This document shows positions 23,400-36,082 of a stretch of 64,000 bases of DNA, one piece after another. Position numbers and translations under genes: made by a program. Within the stretch, counting starts at the first letter, position 1, and the number at the start of each line of letters is the position of its first letter. The stretch is from Octopus sinensis. Taxonomy: Eukaryota. The notes under the pieces were generated by a model, which did no database searches, was not told the DNA's origin, and saw nothing but the letters and a program-made list of their open reading frames with translations. The stretch spans positions 34,348,001 to 34,412,000 of the forward strand of contig NC_043014.1 of the NCBI RefSeq assembly GCF_006345805.1, in the 5' to 3' direction.

Positions 23400-24069
23400 T
23401 CCAAGCAACAGAGAAGCTCCGCAGCAAGAAGTCAACAACCTTTCTGATTGGTGAAAACAATATCTGCTGCTAGGGTGATAGCTCTCTCCCTCTCTCACGG
23501 TTTCTCTTTTATTCTTCATACTCTGGTTTAATAAGAGTGAGAGTGAGAGAGAGAGAGAGAGAGAAAGAGTGAGAGAGAGAGAGAGTGAGAGTCGTTGAAA
23601 GAAAGAGAAAGCTAATGTTTTAAAGAGAGAGAGAATTCTATGAAGTGAGAGACAGGAAGAGAATTAAGAGGGGTAAAGATAATTAAAAAACAGAGAGAGA
23701 GAGAGAGAGAGAGAGTATTATATAGAAAGGTAATAAGATAAAGAGGGGAAAAGACAGAGATTAAGTGAGGAAGTGGGAGACGAAGGTTACAGAGTGAGAG
23801 GGGCACAGTAGATAAAGAGTATTTAAAAAGACAGAAGGGAAAGCGAGTTATATAGAAAGACAAAATAAAAGAGAAAGAGATAAAGAAGGGGGAAAGAGAA
23901 AGACAGAGTGCTACAGAGATGGAGAGAAAGAGAATAAGCTATTCACACGCACCAGAACGGCTTTGTAAAAGTTTCAGGAATTTCGCTACTGTATCATTAT
24001 CTAATTCATCTAAAATATAATTGAAAGAGAAGCTCCATTAATACTGAAACAATTGCATTTTCCTGTAAA
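23400..24069 (+). promoter_or_regulatory. Putative promoter and GA-rich non-coding first exon of the PTP gene
   Basis: Reverse CCAAT (ATTGG 23447-23451), a long (GA)n/purine tract, and a possible donor AA|GTAAAC at 24070 about 700 bp upstream of the coding exon. Inference only. Confidence 0.3.
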
Positions 24070-24568
24070 GTAAACGATACAACGTGTACTTGTGAAACAC
24101 TTTCGCTACGCATACACACGTATATGTATATACGTAGTATATATACATACACACATGTATGTTCTTTTGCCCCGTCAGCCCGGATAGAACAGGCCTATGC
24201 TCAAGTGTCCTGCCTTAGCCATTTCGTATAGGGGTATATCTGGTACATTACCCTGTGTCGCTCACTTTTTAGGTCTGGGTAATTTAAAGGAATTGAGCTG
24301 TTATTTCTAGCAGTTCGAGTGTCTGCCTTCGTTGCCTTGTATGTATGTTATCATTCATGTAGTACAGCTATTTGATTCAATTGATCAATCTCTTAAGAAA
24401 TCGCCTGTTGGTATCGCAAGAGTAACCTGCTTTTCACCAAGTAACATCCGAGTTTTATCTCCTCCTGATCACGAACTCTTTTTCTCTTAATTTTTCCCGT
24501 TAGATTATTCACACCACATCATAACACATTATATACATCCATACAGGCATATACATAAATCTTTGTGC

Positions 24569-24613
<45 letters not shown>

Positions 24614-24767
24614 TAATCAGCCAACACTAAAACTTTCCGAAATTATAATAGACAGAGTATTTATATCAATATATAAAGATTGAGAAATATAATTTATATA
24701 CCCTGGCTTTCTCCCTTTCTCTCTGTACTCCTGTCTTAGTTTTTATTCCTTGAAAGCAACTGGAGGC

Positions 24768-24836
24768 ATGTCGACCAGTGTCGAACGACAGTTTAAAGAG
24801 CATGATCAGAATGGATTATGGAATGGTGTCTTTAAA
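24768..24836 (+). CDS. First coding exon of a PTP1B/TC-PTP-like non-receptor tyrosine phosphatase (PTPN1/PTPN2/PTP61F family)
   Basis: Polypyrimidine tract with AG acceptors (24738-39 or 24755-56), GGCATG start, 23 codons MSTSVERQFKEHDQNGLWNGVFK, then a perfect phase-0 GTAAGT donor. Aligns by eye to TC-PTP MPTTIEREFEELDTQRRWQPLYL with the same length and conserved ER.F...D....W. Confidence 0.7.
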
Positions 24837-25300
24837 GTAAGTATTATTTATTTTATCTATAAATTAATCCATGTCTTCTCTTTGTGTGTATGTATATTTA
24901 TTATTATTAAATTGCAACAGACGTCACCGTTATTAATTGATGTCTTAATCTGTTTAATTTTTTTTTTGGAACACTTGCTCTCGTAGCAAGCATTCGAACT
25001 GATAAAACCAGTATTTGAAATGTCAGTCTACAATGATAAATATATATATATATTCAGTGTGCTATGAAGTGATTTGAGTTAGAAAATAGAACTATCCTTG
25101 TCGATACGCAACAAATGTTTCTTTTGCCCCCTTTTCCCGTCTCATAGCTATGCTGTTTCAATTTAGCCCCTGAGAAAGATCCACGTTTCGCTGATACATT
25201 TTGTCCCCATCTACACATTCTCTTCATCATACATATAGATAGATTAGTCATATCATCACTCCCTTCCATTTTCTATTTAATCCCACTCTATTAAATGGTT

Positions 25301-25335
<35 letters not shown>

Positions 25336-25738
25336 GAACCATTATATGTATATATATATATACACACACACATACAGTGTAACCAGTATACACGTACGCA
25401 CATGTATATTTACATACGCTTATATGTATACACACACGTATAAAATACACGTATATTTCAGAGTTTCATTATTTTCCAGCTATACCGGTTTTTACATGTT
25501 TAAACATAACATTTATTCGTTTATATACCTAGTTTTCCTAGTTCTGCCTATTTATCTATTCTCTCTGTCTCACACACAAAACAAAACAGTATGTTTCTAA
25601 CCTATAAATTCTTAAACTATACAGATATACTCTTTTTTTTTCCGTGTCACCAGAACTCTTGTCTCTTAGAATCGCGGACATGTTCCAAACTTCATACGAA
25701 ATGCCAACAATTAATGAGTTAACCATTAACCATCTTAC

Positions 25739-25781
<43 letters not shown>

Positions 25782-28700
25782 CATACATACACATATTCAC
25801 TCACACTCACACACTTTTAGGGACATGTTTATCTGTCAGACATGGTTTGGGAAAGCCCCTCTCTACTTCAAACCCTGATCTGTATCGCTCTACTTATTTC
25901 TTGTTGCTTCGTCCCCTATTCGACATGGTGGCAGTTCCTTCACTCCGTTTTCTGTGTAACAAAGGGCGGGTAGGGCTATGCAATAGTCTGCCCTCCTCGC
26001 TCAGCAATCCGGTAGAGAGAACAAACCGGGATTCCCTCATGTGGGTTGTGTGTGTGTGTAACACAAACGAAGATGTTTATTGTCAGTGTGTATATTATAT
26101 TTTGTTCATAATTGCTGTATTTATTTTAATTTGCCACTCGGGATTTCTCTCGATGCGATCTTGCAGGCGACAGAAGAGAAACTCGATCGCTAGCGAATCT
26201 CCCTCCTGCTTGGAAGAAATAGCGATACTAAGCAACATGTACTGGACTACTCTTTCTCTCATTTGTAAAAATCATTCACGATTTGGTTTGAATAAGATTT
26301 TGGTTTAGATGCACGTGTTGGGAATCCCTGATATGAATGATGTAATTGTCTTTAAAATAAGATGTGGTTGTTAATGCGATTTAGTTAGCTTCAGGTCAGT
26401 TCTGATGGGGCAGGGATTACGATGAGGATGATACACGTTCTATTTCCAACACCTTTTTTTTTTTCACACAAGGTCTCTAGGACTACATTATCCAATATCT
26501 CACGTGTCTTCATTTTATAACAGTAAGAATGATTTGTGAGAGATTTTGCTGCTATTTCTAGCAGGTCGAATGACCACGTGCAGGGTTCCTCGTTAACTCC
26601 TTAACTGAAGTAAGCTTGTTTGTTATCCCCCACCTCTTTGCGGACATGTGATGTGACCTTTATTCCATGTCATCTAGATTTAGAATCTAGACTAGACGAA
26701 CTCGGTTGTTTGACCTCATGTCAGCCTTGATCCAGCCGACCTTTGATATAAGGCATTCCGACCGTGGTCATCCCCATAATTTTTTTCCCGTGTTATCTCG
26801 AATTACATTAATTTATCCTTCCACTCACTGATTGAAGGGTGTGCTTTGAACATTGACTATTTCTCAGTCAATCAAACGACCGTGAAAAGTCACACTAGTT
26901 GTCGGTGTCACATTTCTTTACCCTTGTACACAATGTTGGTCTACTTTTCCTCGTTCATACGGTATATCTCATGAGCGGTTGTGATTGATGTTAATATAGA
27001 ACATGGGAAAGCTGTGAAGCAGTCCTTAAGGCTCTCGGAGAACTAAATAAATTCTACTACCTCTTATACTGTATACTTCTTCCCTCTAGCTTTTAAATGT
27101 AATCTTTTATATGATTGTGTATGTGTGGAGCAACGTCCCGCCTTGTGTGTGAATTTTCCGTTTGTTCCTTTGTGTTTTTAAGAACTCTGTATATAATTTC
27201 GGTTGCATACAAAATATAGTTTCTGTAGGGTCTTGCATACGAAGAATTGTGTTGAAACGGATGTTTCAGTCTTATTAGACCTCCTCAGTAAAACCTTTTC
27301 TACTATATTTTAAAGAGACCAGAATATGCCCGTTGTTTTCCCCAATCTTCGTTGTCTATATTGTCCAAAAATTCCGGATCAATTCAACCACCCTCTTGGA
27401 GTTATATCCCTTGTTTTCGGAAACAAGGAGTTTTTCTTTACTAATTGCTTGGATAATCTCGGCTTATTTTATGTGTAAAATCCCAGCATATTTTAAAATG
27501 TATAAATAAATCATTGCGTTGTGATAAAAAAAGCTTTTTGTGGTCGTCCTGAGAAAAGTCGTCTGTCCTAGGTGACGAGAAATTACCGCCATTTCATAGC
27601 ATTTACGGCGCCAAGACCACGTTCTTTTCTTTTGTCTAAATATTTCAGTCAAATAAAAACATGTTGTCAAGAAAGTTAAAAAGAAGCAAAAACAAATCAC
27701 TTTAACAAAATGTTAATTTATTTCTGTCTTTATAATTACATGAATCACTGTTAATATGTTGTGAATCGAGGTTAGCCCTGATCTGGCAGACGTACGATAA
27801 AAGGCATTACAGCAGTGAACGGTTTTGTTTTCTTTTTTGTTTTTCTTCCAGACATAGTGTATCTAGAACTGCAATCTCCAATGTATTCAGTTTTTTTGTT
27901 TGTTTTAACAAAGCAGTTTGTTATTTGTGGGAGATTTGACTACTTTGTCTAACAGGTCGTGTGACGAGTATAGGCTCTTTTTGTTGACTCGTGCCAGAAA
28001 TGTTATCTATACATTTATCTATACAACAGATAAATACATTTTAAATGGAAAAATCAAATCCAAACTTCCTAGTTAACTAAATAACTTGTGAGGAAGTAGA
28101 TATTTTTCTTTTAAATTCCGAGCTGCCTCGATTCGTACGCAACTTTGCAAACAACACGCCTTAGGCGTTGCTATGAAAGTCATTCATATAAGTTACAAAA
28201 CAGAGCAGGAAACGGAAACATTTTCTGTTTCTTAGTAACTGTTATGTTTCTCAGAATTTGCCACAAAATTTCAAACTTCTCTAGTATCCTATTCCGAGAA
28301 ATTTTATGAAAATACTCGTACTTCGGCGTACGCATTTTGACCTTAATGCAAAATTATGAAAGTAATAATGCGTGTACAATAATGAAAGCATTGGTTTCGT
28401 TTTAATGATGAATATGTTATTTCAGACGCAAATAAATTTATACAGTTTTTGTATGTCTCTTGTGATTCATTTGAATCGAAAGCGTTGTGAATTGGTATTA
28501 TTAAATTTTTACACTTCATATTACTTTCATTATGTTGCTCTTGTAATCTGTAATAGAGCCCCAACATTTATTTGGAATTGATTTTCTTTGAATTCTCTTT
28601 TAAACAACCCGTCATCAAATATTTGTGTCTGAAAATGTCTATCTATATATGTGTGTGTGTATAAAATCACTGATTGTATTATCAATGGTTATTGTTATAA

Positions 28701-29053
28701 AAATTAGTTGGCTCAAACACTTTATTTCAAAATTAATTAAAATACTGGAATTTAAAAAAAAACCCCAGATAGTTATTAAACTTTTCAAGTAAACCACTAC
28801 ACTATCACTACCTATGATTTATTTCTATGATAATCAAAGCAACAGATTCACTGGTTTTGGAGACGGGGTAAGGTGGTGGAATCATATATGGTGGTGCTGG
28901 TAGTGGAAATACTGGTGTATTAGCATGGTTGGTATTAGAGTTGCTTGGTGTACATCATGAATCGTCTTTAAGGTTGGGAGTGAGCGAGCATGAGGAGGAA
29001 CATCGGTCGTGGTTCTGTTTCCCTTATGAAATCTTTGAGAGAGTTCAATAAAG

Positions 29054-29465
29054 GGATCTTTTCGGTTTGAACGGCAGTTTTTAACATAATTTCTAGGTAA
29101 CTAAAAAATTTTAAACTTCGTATACTGGTAGAATGTGTTTATAAAACATCTTTTTCTCTTGGCTTTATTGAGAAAATTCTATAGTTTGTAAGATATTTGT
29201 TGTTTTTTTTTCTTCAATTTCTGCAATTTCAACCAATCACTGACGTCTATTGAGGTAAAAAACATTCTGTGCCGTATGAATATGTCCCTCGTTTAAGAAA
29301 AAAATTGGGTTTATTTACATTTGTGAAGAAAAAAAGATACCCATAACTAACCCTAACCCTAAAAAATAGATTGAAATGCAATAGATCGATACTAGGGTCA
29401 TAATTATGGGTGACAATTTCATATGACACCGCTAGAAAAAACTGCTGTTCAAACCGAAAAGATCC
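29054..29465 (+). mobile_element. GGATC-ended MITE with CCCTAA repeats
   Basis: Same TIRs and body as 17323-17746. Flanks caataaag/caatgaaa match at 6 of 8. Confidence 0.9.
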
Positions 29466-29589
29466 CAATGAAATTCTGATTTCCAAATTTATTCACACTA
29501 TGTTATTATGTTTTCTACTTAATATAAAGTGTATAAATGCTATTATTACAAAACACTCCTCAGTACAATGATGGAACTTTAAAAAAAAA

Positions 29590-29975
29590 AAAAGCAAAGG
29601 ACTAGAATTATTGAATGTCTGTGGATAAGTAACCCAAGATGAGTCAGCACAGTTGCTGTTTATTTAAAAATTCCACAGCCACTGTTTGAGATATTAAAAA
29701 TCAGATCGGACATTGAAAAATCAACACTTAATAATGAGAACATAGATTGTTTAGAGAGTAATATCTGGTAAAGATAGTAAAATTGAATCAACATTAAACA
29801 TTAGTTTGGCTATGTGGAAAGAATGCTTCAATTAATGGGGCTGCTGATGTGCTGAAAAGCAGAAATGTTTGGAAAAGAAATGGGTAAAAAACACCTCACA
29901 CCAACTGATGGATAGTTTAACAGGCAGAAAAGTGAGAAAATATTGTATACAAATGTGTTCATAGTGAGGAGAGTT
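29590..29975 (+). pseudogene. Old pogo/Tigger-like (CENP-B HTH) transposase relic
   Basis: Fragments GKNASING, KAEMFGKEMG, PTDG*FNR and ENIVYKCVHSE resemble the Tigger pattern ISG..L.EKA..FA..LG...AS.GWL.RFK.R.NI......GE. Confidence 0.45.
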
Positions 29976-30079
29976 AAAACAAAATGGTCAAATCTAAATG
30001 CAGATGTAACAAAGCTTTGTTTTCATGCATTGCCCAAGCATACTTTTCCATTTAAACACAAAAATGCCAAAAGTTTTAA

Positions 30080-30390
30080 TAATAATAATAATAATTGTGT
30101 ACAGTGCTCAGGTGCACTACAACTCATCTAAAGTGTATATATAATCAGGTGTAGTTTCGGCGGATTTCGGAAAGCATGAGGGCCTTAAAGGATGCAGTGT
30201 CATGGCAGTCAACAACTGACACAGGCAGTTTATTCCATGCTTCAGCAACTCTGAGCGTGAAAAAATGTTTCCGAAAGTCATGGGAGCTGTGTTGTTTTCT
30301 GACTTTGTAGGCATGTCCACGTGTGTTAGACACATGGAGATCAAAAAGGTGTTCAGTGTTGTTGTTGGTGAGGTGGTTGATAACTTTGAA
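30080..30390 (-). mobile_element. CR1 LINE 3' fragment
   Basis: SNTRGHAYKVRKQHSSHDFRKHFFTLRVAEAWNKLP with an (ATT)n tail. Same family as 54020-54465. Confidence 0.85.
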
Positions 30391-31689
30391 TCTTTAAAAG
30401 ATCAAGTTCTAGTTCTTTGTCCTAATATGAAGGGACTAAAATGAGAGCTTTTAGTTAGTGAAAAAGTAAAAATCTTTGTTTTAAGAGCGTCAAAAGTTCA
30501 TCTGTTTTAATGTGAATGCATTGGTTATTACGAAATTCTTAACAACTGATTAAGTGGAATTTGAAATTCAAGTGAAAAAAATGTCTAGTTGACAACTATA
30601 TATCAAATGGATGTCTTTATAAAACTATTCTGCTCATACAATAACGGCCATCCCAACAATCCAGCACATTTCCATCAGCTGCCCCATGGATATCACTATA
30701 GTTTTGATATTATGGCATGCATAAATTTGTCATTCAAGAACATCTTATTTCAGACACTACATCGTTGTAATTCTTGTTTTCAAACACTACATCATTATAA
30801 CTCAACTATATGTCCAAGGCATCATATAGGCTGTAACCCATTAGCGTTTAAAAAGGCCATATCCAACCCGAATATGCTACCTGTTTTATGTTCTGATCTG
30901 ATCAGTCAGAACCAACTTATCATGCCTACCTTTCAATGGCATTCTGAAAATATACAATCACATCATCAAAATTTCAAAGCATGATTAATTTAAAACTATG
31001 TGAATGAAAGAAACATTACATTTGATGGAATAATTTGAATGCTAAAGAGTTAAAGACTTGTTATCAGATACAATTTTGGACAAGAATTTTAATCTTTTAG
31101 CATTCAGATTACTTCATCAAATGTGATATTTATTCACATTGTTTTGGATTAATCATGCACTATCTCATAGCTTTGAGATTTTGATGATTGTTTATTTTTA
31201 GAATGATATTGTTGGGTAGGTGTGGCTGGTTTGAACATAGAAGAGAAAGAATTTTGGGGTTGGATATGGCCAGTGCTAAAGGGTTAAGCAAACTTGATGC
31301 ATAATGGATTCGCTGTTACTAGCAATGTCATAGAAGCAAGTTCCAGAGTGAACTTCACAAAATTGTTTTAAAACAAAATAGATTTTCTAAAACAAGCCCT
31401 TTACAAATGAAATTTTTGGTAGAAGCTTTGGCAGAAAAGTTTGGAAATTAGTTGACTGTTAATGAGAAAGTTGAAGTGGGAGCTATGATGGGGGTTGGAA
31501 ATATGTCAAGCTGTTTGTAATGAAGATTCTAAATTAGAAGAGTAGGATGAATCAAATCCACAAGAAATGGTAGATGCCTCTCCAGCCAGTCCTCAAATGC
31601 AAGAAATCTCAGTTTTTTGTTAGAGTATGCTGTGTCAACTAGTAGAATTTTTAATTCTTTGACTTATATTTTGAACATTAATTCCAGCA

Positions 31690-31892
31690 TTTTATCTTGT
31701 TTCAGTCATTAGTCAGTGGCCATGCTGGGGCACCACTTTGAAAAATTTTTAGTCAAATGAACTAACCCCAGTTCTTTGTTTTTTTAAAACTTGGGACTTA
31801 TTCTTTTGCTCTTTTGCCAAACTGCTAAATTACAGGGGACATAGACACATCGACACCAATCGCCAAGTGGTGTTGGGAGATGGACACAAAGA

Positions 31893-31925
<33 letters not shown>

Positions 31926-32080
31926 TGAGCTTATTCAAGTTTCCGTCTACCAAATCCACTCACGAGGCTTTGGTTGGTCTGAGGCTATAGTAGAAGCCAC
32001 TTGCCCAAGGTGCCAGGTGGTGCTACTGAGCCTGTAGCCATATGTTTAGGAAGCAAGCTTCTTACCACACAGCTATACTT
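31690..32080 (-). mobile_element. SINE family A, diverged
   Basis: Reverse complement of the family A body (gtttccgtctaccaaatccactcac...cttaccacacagc). Confidence 0.8.
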
Positions 32081-32851
32081 AGGATTAAGAAATTTACAAC
32101 TGTTTTCTATTAGTTTTATATGTGTTCATTTATAGATATAAATGTACTTTTTTTTTTATCAATAAATATATTTCCTTTGCATTTGAAACATATGAATATA
32201 TTTAGTTTTGATTCGTAATTACATATATTTTCATTCTTATCAAAATGAAACCGAAACATTTAAAATTCTCAGAATATGAAACCGAAATACTAATGCTATC
32301 ATTATTCAATAGACATTACTTTCATTATTTTGAAAGAGAGTGCTGCTATTTTAATCAATATATAAATACTTTTCTAAACCATTCATTGGGTTGAGAGGGG
32401 TGGATGAGTCTTTGAGACGTAATGAAGTAGGAGTTTCACCTTCACTAATGTGCTTTGTTCTAAGAACTGGCCTAACAAGTCTGGTGGCCAGGAGACTTGA
32501 ATTTACTAAACTGGTTGACTTTGCTGTCATTTAATTCTGTCATGACCCTTAGACATTGTAAAATGATTGTCACTCTTTCAAAAACGAAAAGTCTGCAATG
32601 TTGATGTTTCTCACTCATTTTTTAAGTATTTTCTAAATTTAAAAATAAAAAAAAAAAAAAAAAACAATAACTTGCATATTCAAAATCTCTAATTTTCAAT
32701 ATAAAAATCTGAAGACTGTTTTTAGAAAAAAAAAAGCATAATCAAGAAAAAGAAAAAAAAAAGGTTAGAAGGGTTGGGGTTAAAAATTCACATTTAAACA
32801 AGTACTGCTAATTTTCAAAGGTTTTTAGTATTTGACATAGTACACAATAAA

Positions 32852-33011
32852 GTGGGCGTGACTGTGTGGTAAGAAGCTTGCTTCCCAACCACATTGTTCT
32901 GGGTTCAGTCCCACTGCATGGCATCTTGGGCAAGTGCCTTTTACTGTAGCTTTGGGCCGACCAAATCCTTGTGGGTGGATGGATTTGGTAGACAGAAACT
33001 GAAAGTCATCA

Positions 33012-33068
<57 letters not shown>

Positions 33069-33518
33069 TAAAAAAATAGAAAAAAAACACATTTTATCAA
33101 TTCAATAATGAAAAATTAAATTACAGTATCTATATATATATATATATATTATATATATATATATTATATTTTGTGAAATTTGATTTAGTATTTCTAAATT
33201 GAATTTTTCCCTGTAAGTTTGGAATAATATTCCCTCATATTATTATTATTATTATTATTATATGTATATATATATATATACAGACACATATCTATATATG
33301 TGTGTGTCTTTATGCATGTGTTTGTCCCCTACTTCTTCTTCACAGCTGGTGTGTTTATATCCCTGTAACTTAATGGTTTGGCAAATGATATCCATAGAAT
33401 AAGTACCAGGCTTTAAAAGAAAGGTACTGGGGTTAAATCATTTGACTAAAAGTTCTTCAAGGTGGTGCCCCAGCATGGCTGCAGTCTAATGACTGAAACA
33501 TGTATAAGATAAAAGAGA
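32852..33518 (+). mobile_element. SINE family A with extra inserts in its (TA)n
   Basis: Head tgactgtgtggtaagaagcttg and tail gactgaaacatgtataagataaaaga. Confidence 0.75.
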
Positions 33519-33554
33519 AGGGGGTTGGATCTAAACGAAGATGATAGTAAAATG

Positions 33555-34109
33555 GGATCATTGTGGTTTGGGTCACCGCATGTCGAAATCTTCAAAACAT
33601 TTTTTTAATGTAGCATATAGATGTAATTTGTGATGGAATCTGAATTTGTTATTCATTTGTTCCAGAAACATTTGTGAAAATGTTACAGGTGTTCAGAGTT
33701 TTCAGCCAATTAGCAGTACGTTCGCTGTCTCTTCCATCATCTGTCACAATAGGGAGAAGTGGGGGGTTTACACTCTTTGTGCGCATGCACAGTATCTTTG
33801 GTTACTATGGCAACAGTTCTTTGCAAACAGTTATGGAACATGTGGTGGTTACACTCCTTGGTTACTATAGAAACAGAATTCTTTGCTTACCATGCTAACT
33901 AAACTTCATGGTGATGTGCAAAATACTCGCTTCTGATTGGCTAAAATACACAAATTTTGTTAACTTTGAAGGCTAATAACTTTTTAATTATAAATTTATA
34001 GGAAAAATGATTTTCATTTTCATAATTAGTATACAAAACTTAATCCATATACCAAATTTGAAAACAATTGGAACAAAATTGGAGATAGTGATTCAAACCC
34101 CAAAGATCT
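33555..34109. mobile_element. GGATC-ended MITE, distinct subfamily with RFX-like boxes
   Basis: Imperfect TIR GGATCATTGTGGTTTGGGTCAC / GTGATTCAAACCCCAAAGATCT with perfect 8-bp TSD GTAAAATG (33547-33554, 34110-34117). Confidence 0.8.
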
Positions 34110-34463
34110 GTAAAATGCCTTAAAATGTAACAAGTAGATACAGAATGGTAATGATGGTGGTCAGATCAGCTGCACTTAATCATTTTCAAATTCAGATCCT
34201 GCTAAGGTCAATTTTACTTTTCGTCCTATAGAAATTGACAAAATATGTCCCAACAAAGCACAAGGATTGATCTCATCAACTCTACCCACCTCCCACCTCA
34301 ATATATGGTTTATCTGGTTGGCAGAATTAGTAGAGCAAGGAATGAAATATCTTGCAGTATCTAGTTATGTTCTGACTACAAATCCCCTTTGCTGTAGGTT
34401 GACTTTGCTATTTATCTTTCCAGCATTGATTAAATAAATACCAATCAAATGACTAGGGTTTAA

Positions 34464-35128
34464 CTCGTTAGCATTTAACCATTTGATACCAATCTGCTTG
34501 AGATCGTTCCCACGTTCTGTATCATTAATTTACTGCTTTAAAGTAGTCTAAATTATAATCTTCTCATTAAAATTTTATGCTAGATTATTTCAGACCCCAG
34601 CTTAACCCTTTAGTGTTCAGATTATTCAATCAAACATAATGCCTATTGATTCTCATTAATTTGAATTAATCATGCATTGTCTCATATCTTCAAGATGTTG
34701 ATGGTGTAATTACTTAATGTAGAATAACATTGTAGGGTAGGTGTGAGAGCCTGGATCTGGTCAGTTTGAACATAAAACAGATTAACTATTTTGGCCGGAT
34801 ATGGCCGGCTTAAATAGTAAAGGGTTATTAGTGAGAATTGTTTTACTGAATTCTTTATTATCTTCAAAATTAATTGAAGCAAAAGCAGCATATGTTGACA
34901 GAAATATGGTAACAAAAGAGTTAGACTGGCCATATCAGGCCTAAATATTTTACTTGTTTTATTTTCAATTCAGCCAGGTGTGGCCTCTCACACCTACCTA
35001 ACAATATCATTCTGAAAATAACAAACACTTAATCGAAATCTTGAAGCTATGAGATAGTGCATTTTTAATTCAAAATAATGCCAATAAATAAATATTTCAT
35101 TTGACAGAGTAATTTGAATGCTAAAGGT
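34464..35128. mobile_element. Three nested TTAA-target (piggyBac-type) MITEs inside an old SINE B
   Basis: Outer 34464-35128, middle 34479-34920, inner 34606-34824, each starting after TTAA. Bodies match the free copies at 36083-36321 and 59194-59414. Confidence 0.7.
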
Positions 35129-35365
35129 CTAATCAACTATGCTGCTCCCTCTCAAAATTTTAATCATGTGTCTATGTTAGAAAGTGTTTGTTGTAAGGGA
35201 AAGGTAAGAAAGTTGATGACTTGAAGATACTATGAGTGTTATGGAGAAGAATTGTTTGTTTTCTCTTGAGAGGATTGTCAAGATAACAATAGTGGACAGT
35301 ACTTTTGAACCTTTCTTTTTGACAGTGAGTCTTTCTGCTGTCAATTCAAGATAAACTGTATACTA

Positions 35366-35927
35366 TTGGGTTGTCCGGAAAGTTTGTGCCAATTTATAGT
35401 AGCTTACCTTTCGACATATTTTAGAACGTGGTTGAGTCCGTAAAATAGGATTTGACTACACCTCCATTTAGAACACAGTTTAAGCTATTTTTTCATGGAA
35501 GAAGATTTATGTTCCTATAACCTGTGTTAATTCTGTAACCCTTTAAAATGGAAGATAAGTTCATTTTCGGCACTTGATGCTTTGGGAACCAGACAAAAAT
35601 TGCTGCAGCTCGGCTGGGATGTGTTACCCCACCCTCCATATTCACCAGATATTGCTTCTTCGGATTTCCACTTATTTAGGTCTCTGCAGAATAGTCTTAA
35701 TGGTAAAAATTTCAATTCCTTGGATGACATAAAAAGATACCTTGATGAATTCTTTACCATGAAACCACCTCAATTCTGGGAAGAGGGTATTTTCAAGTTA
35801 AAGGAAAGATGGAGACACATTGTGCAACAAAATGGTTCATATTTAGTTGATTAAAAATGTAATGGCAAGTATTTATTGACCTTTTTCTTTCCTTTAAAAA
35901 TCGGCATGAACTTTCCGGACAACCCAA
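35366..35927 (+). mobile_element. Internally deleted mariner, same family as 14527-15593
   Basis: Both TIRs (TTGGGTTGTCCGGAAAGTT) with TA TSD. The transposase start is joined directly to the YSPDIASSDFHLF region. Confidence 0.92.
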
Positions 35928-36082
35928 TATATTAAACTGACATACCAGAACTTTGGTACCAACAAAGAAACCATTCACTCAATACTCAATGATTTTGATC
36001 ATTTGCTATAAGTGTGAAAAGCATATCAAATTGTTAGTCAAACTCATCTAAAGAACTAATTTAATTGATGGCTTTCGTTTAA

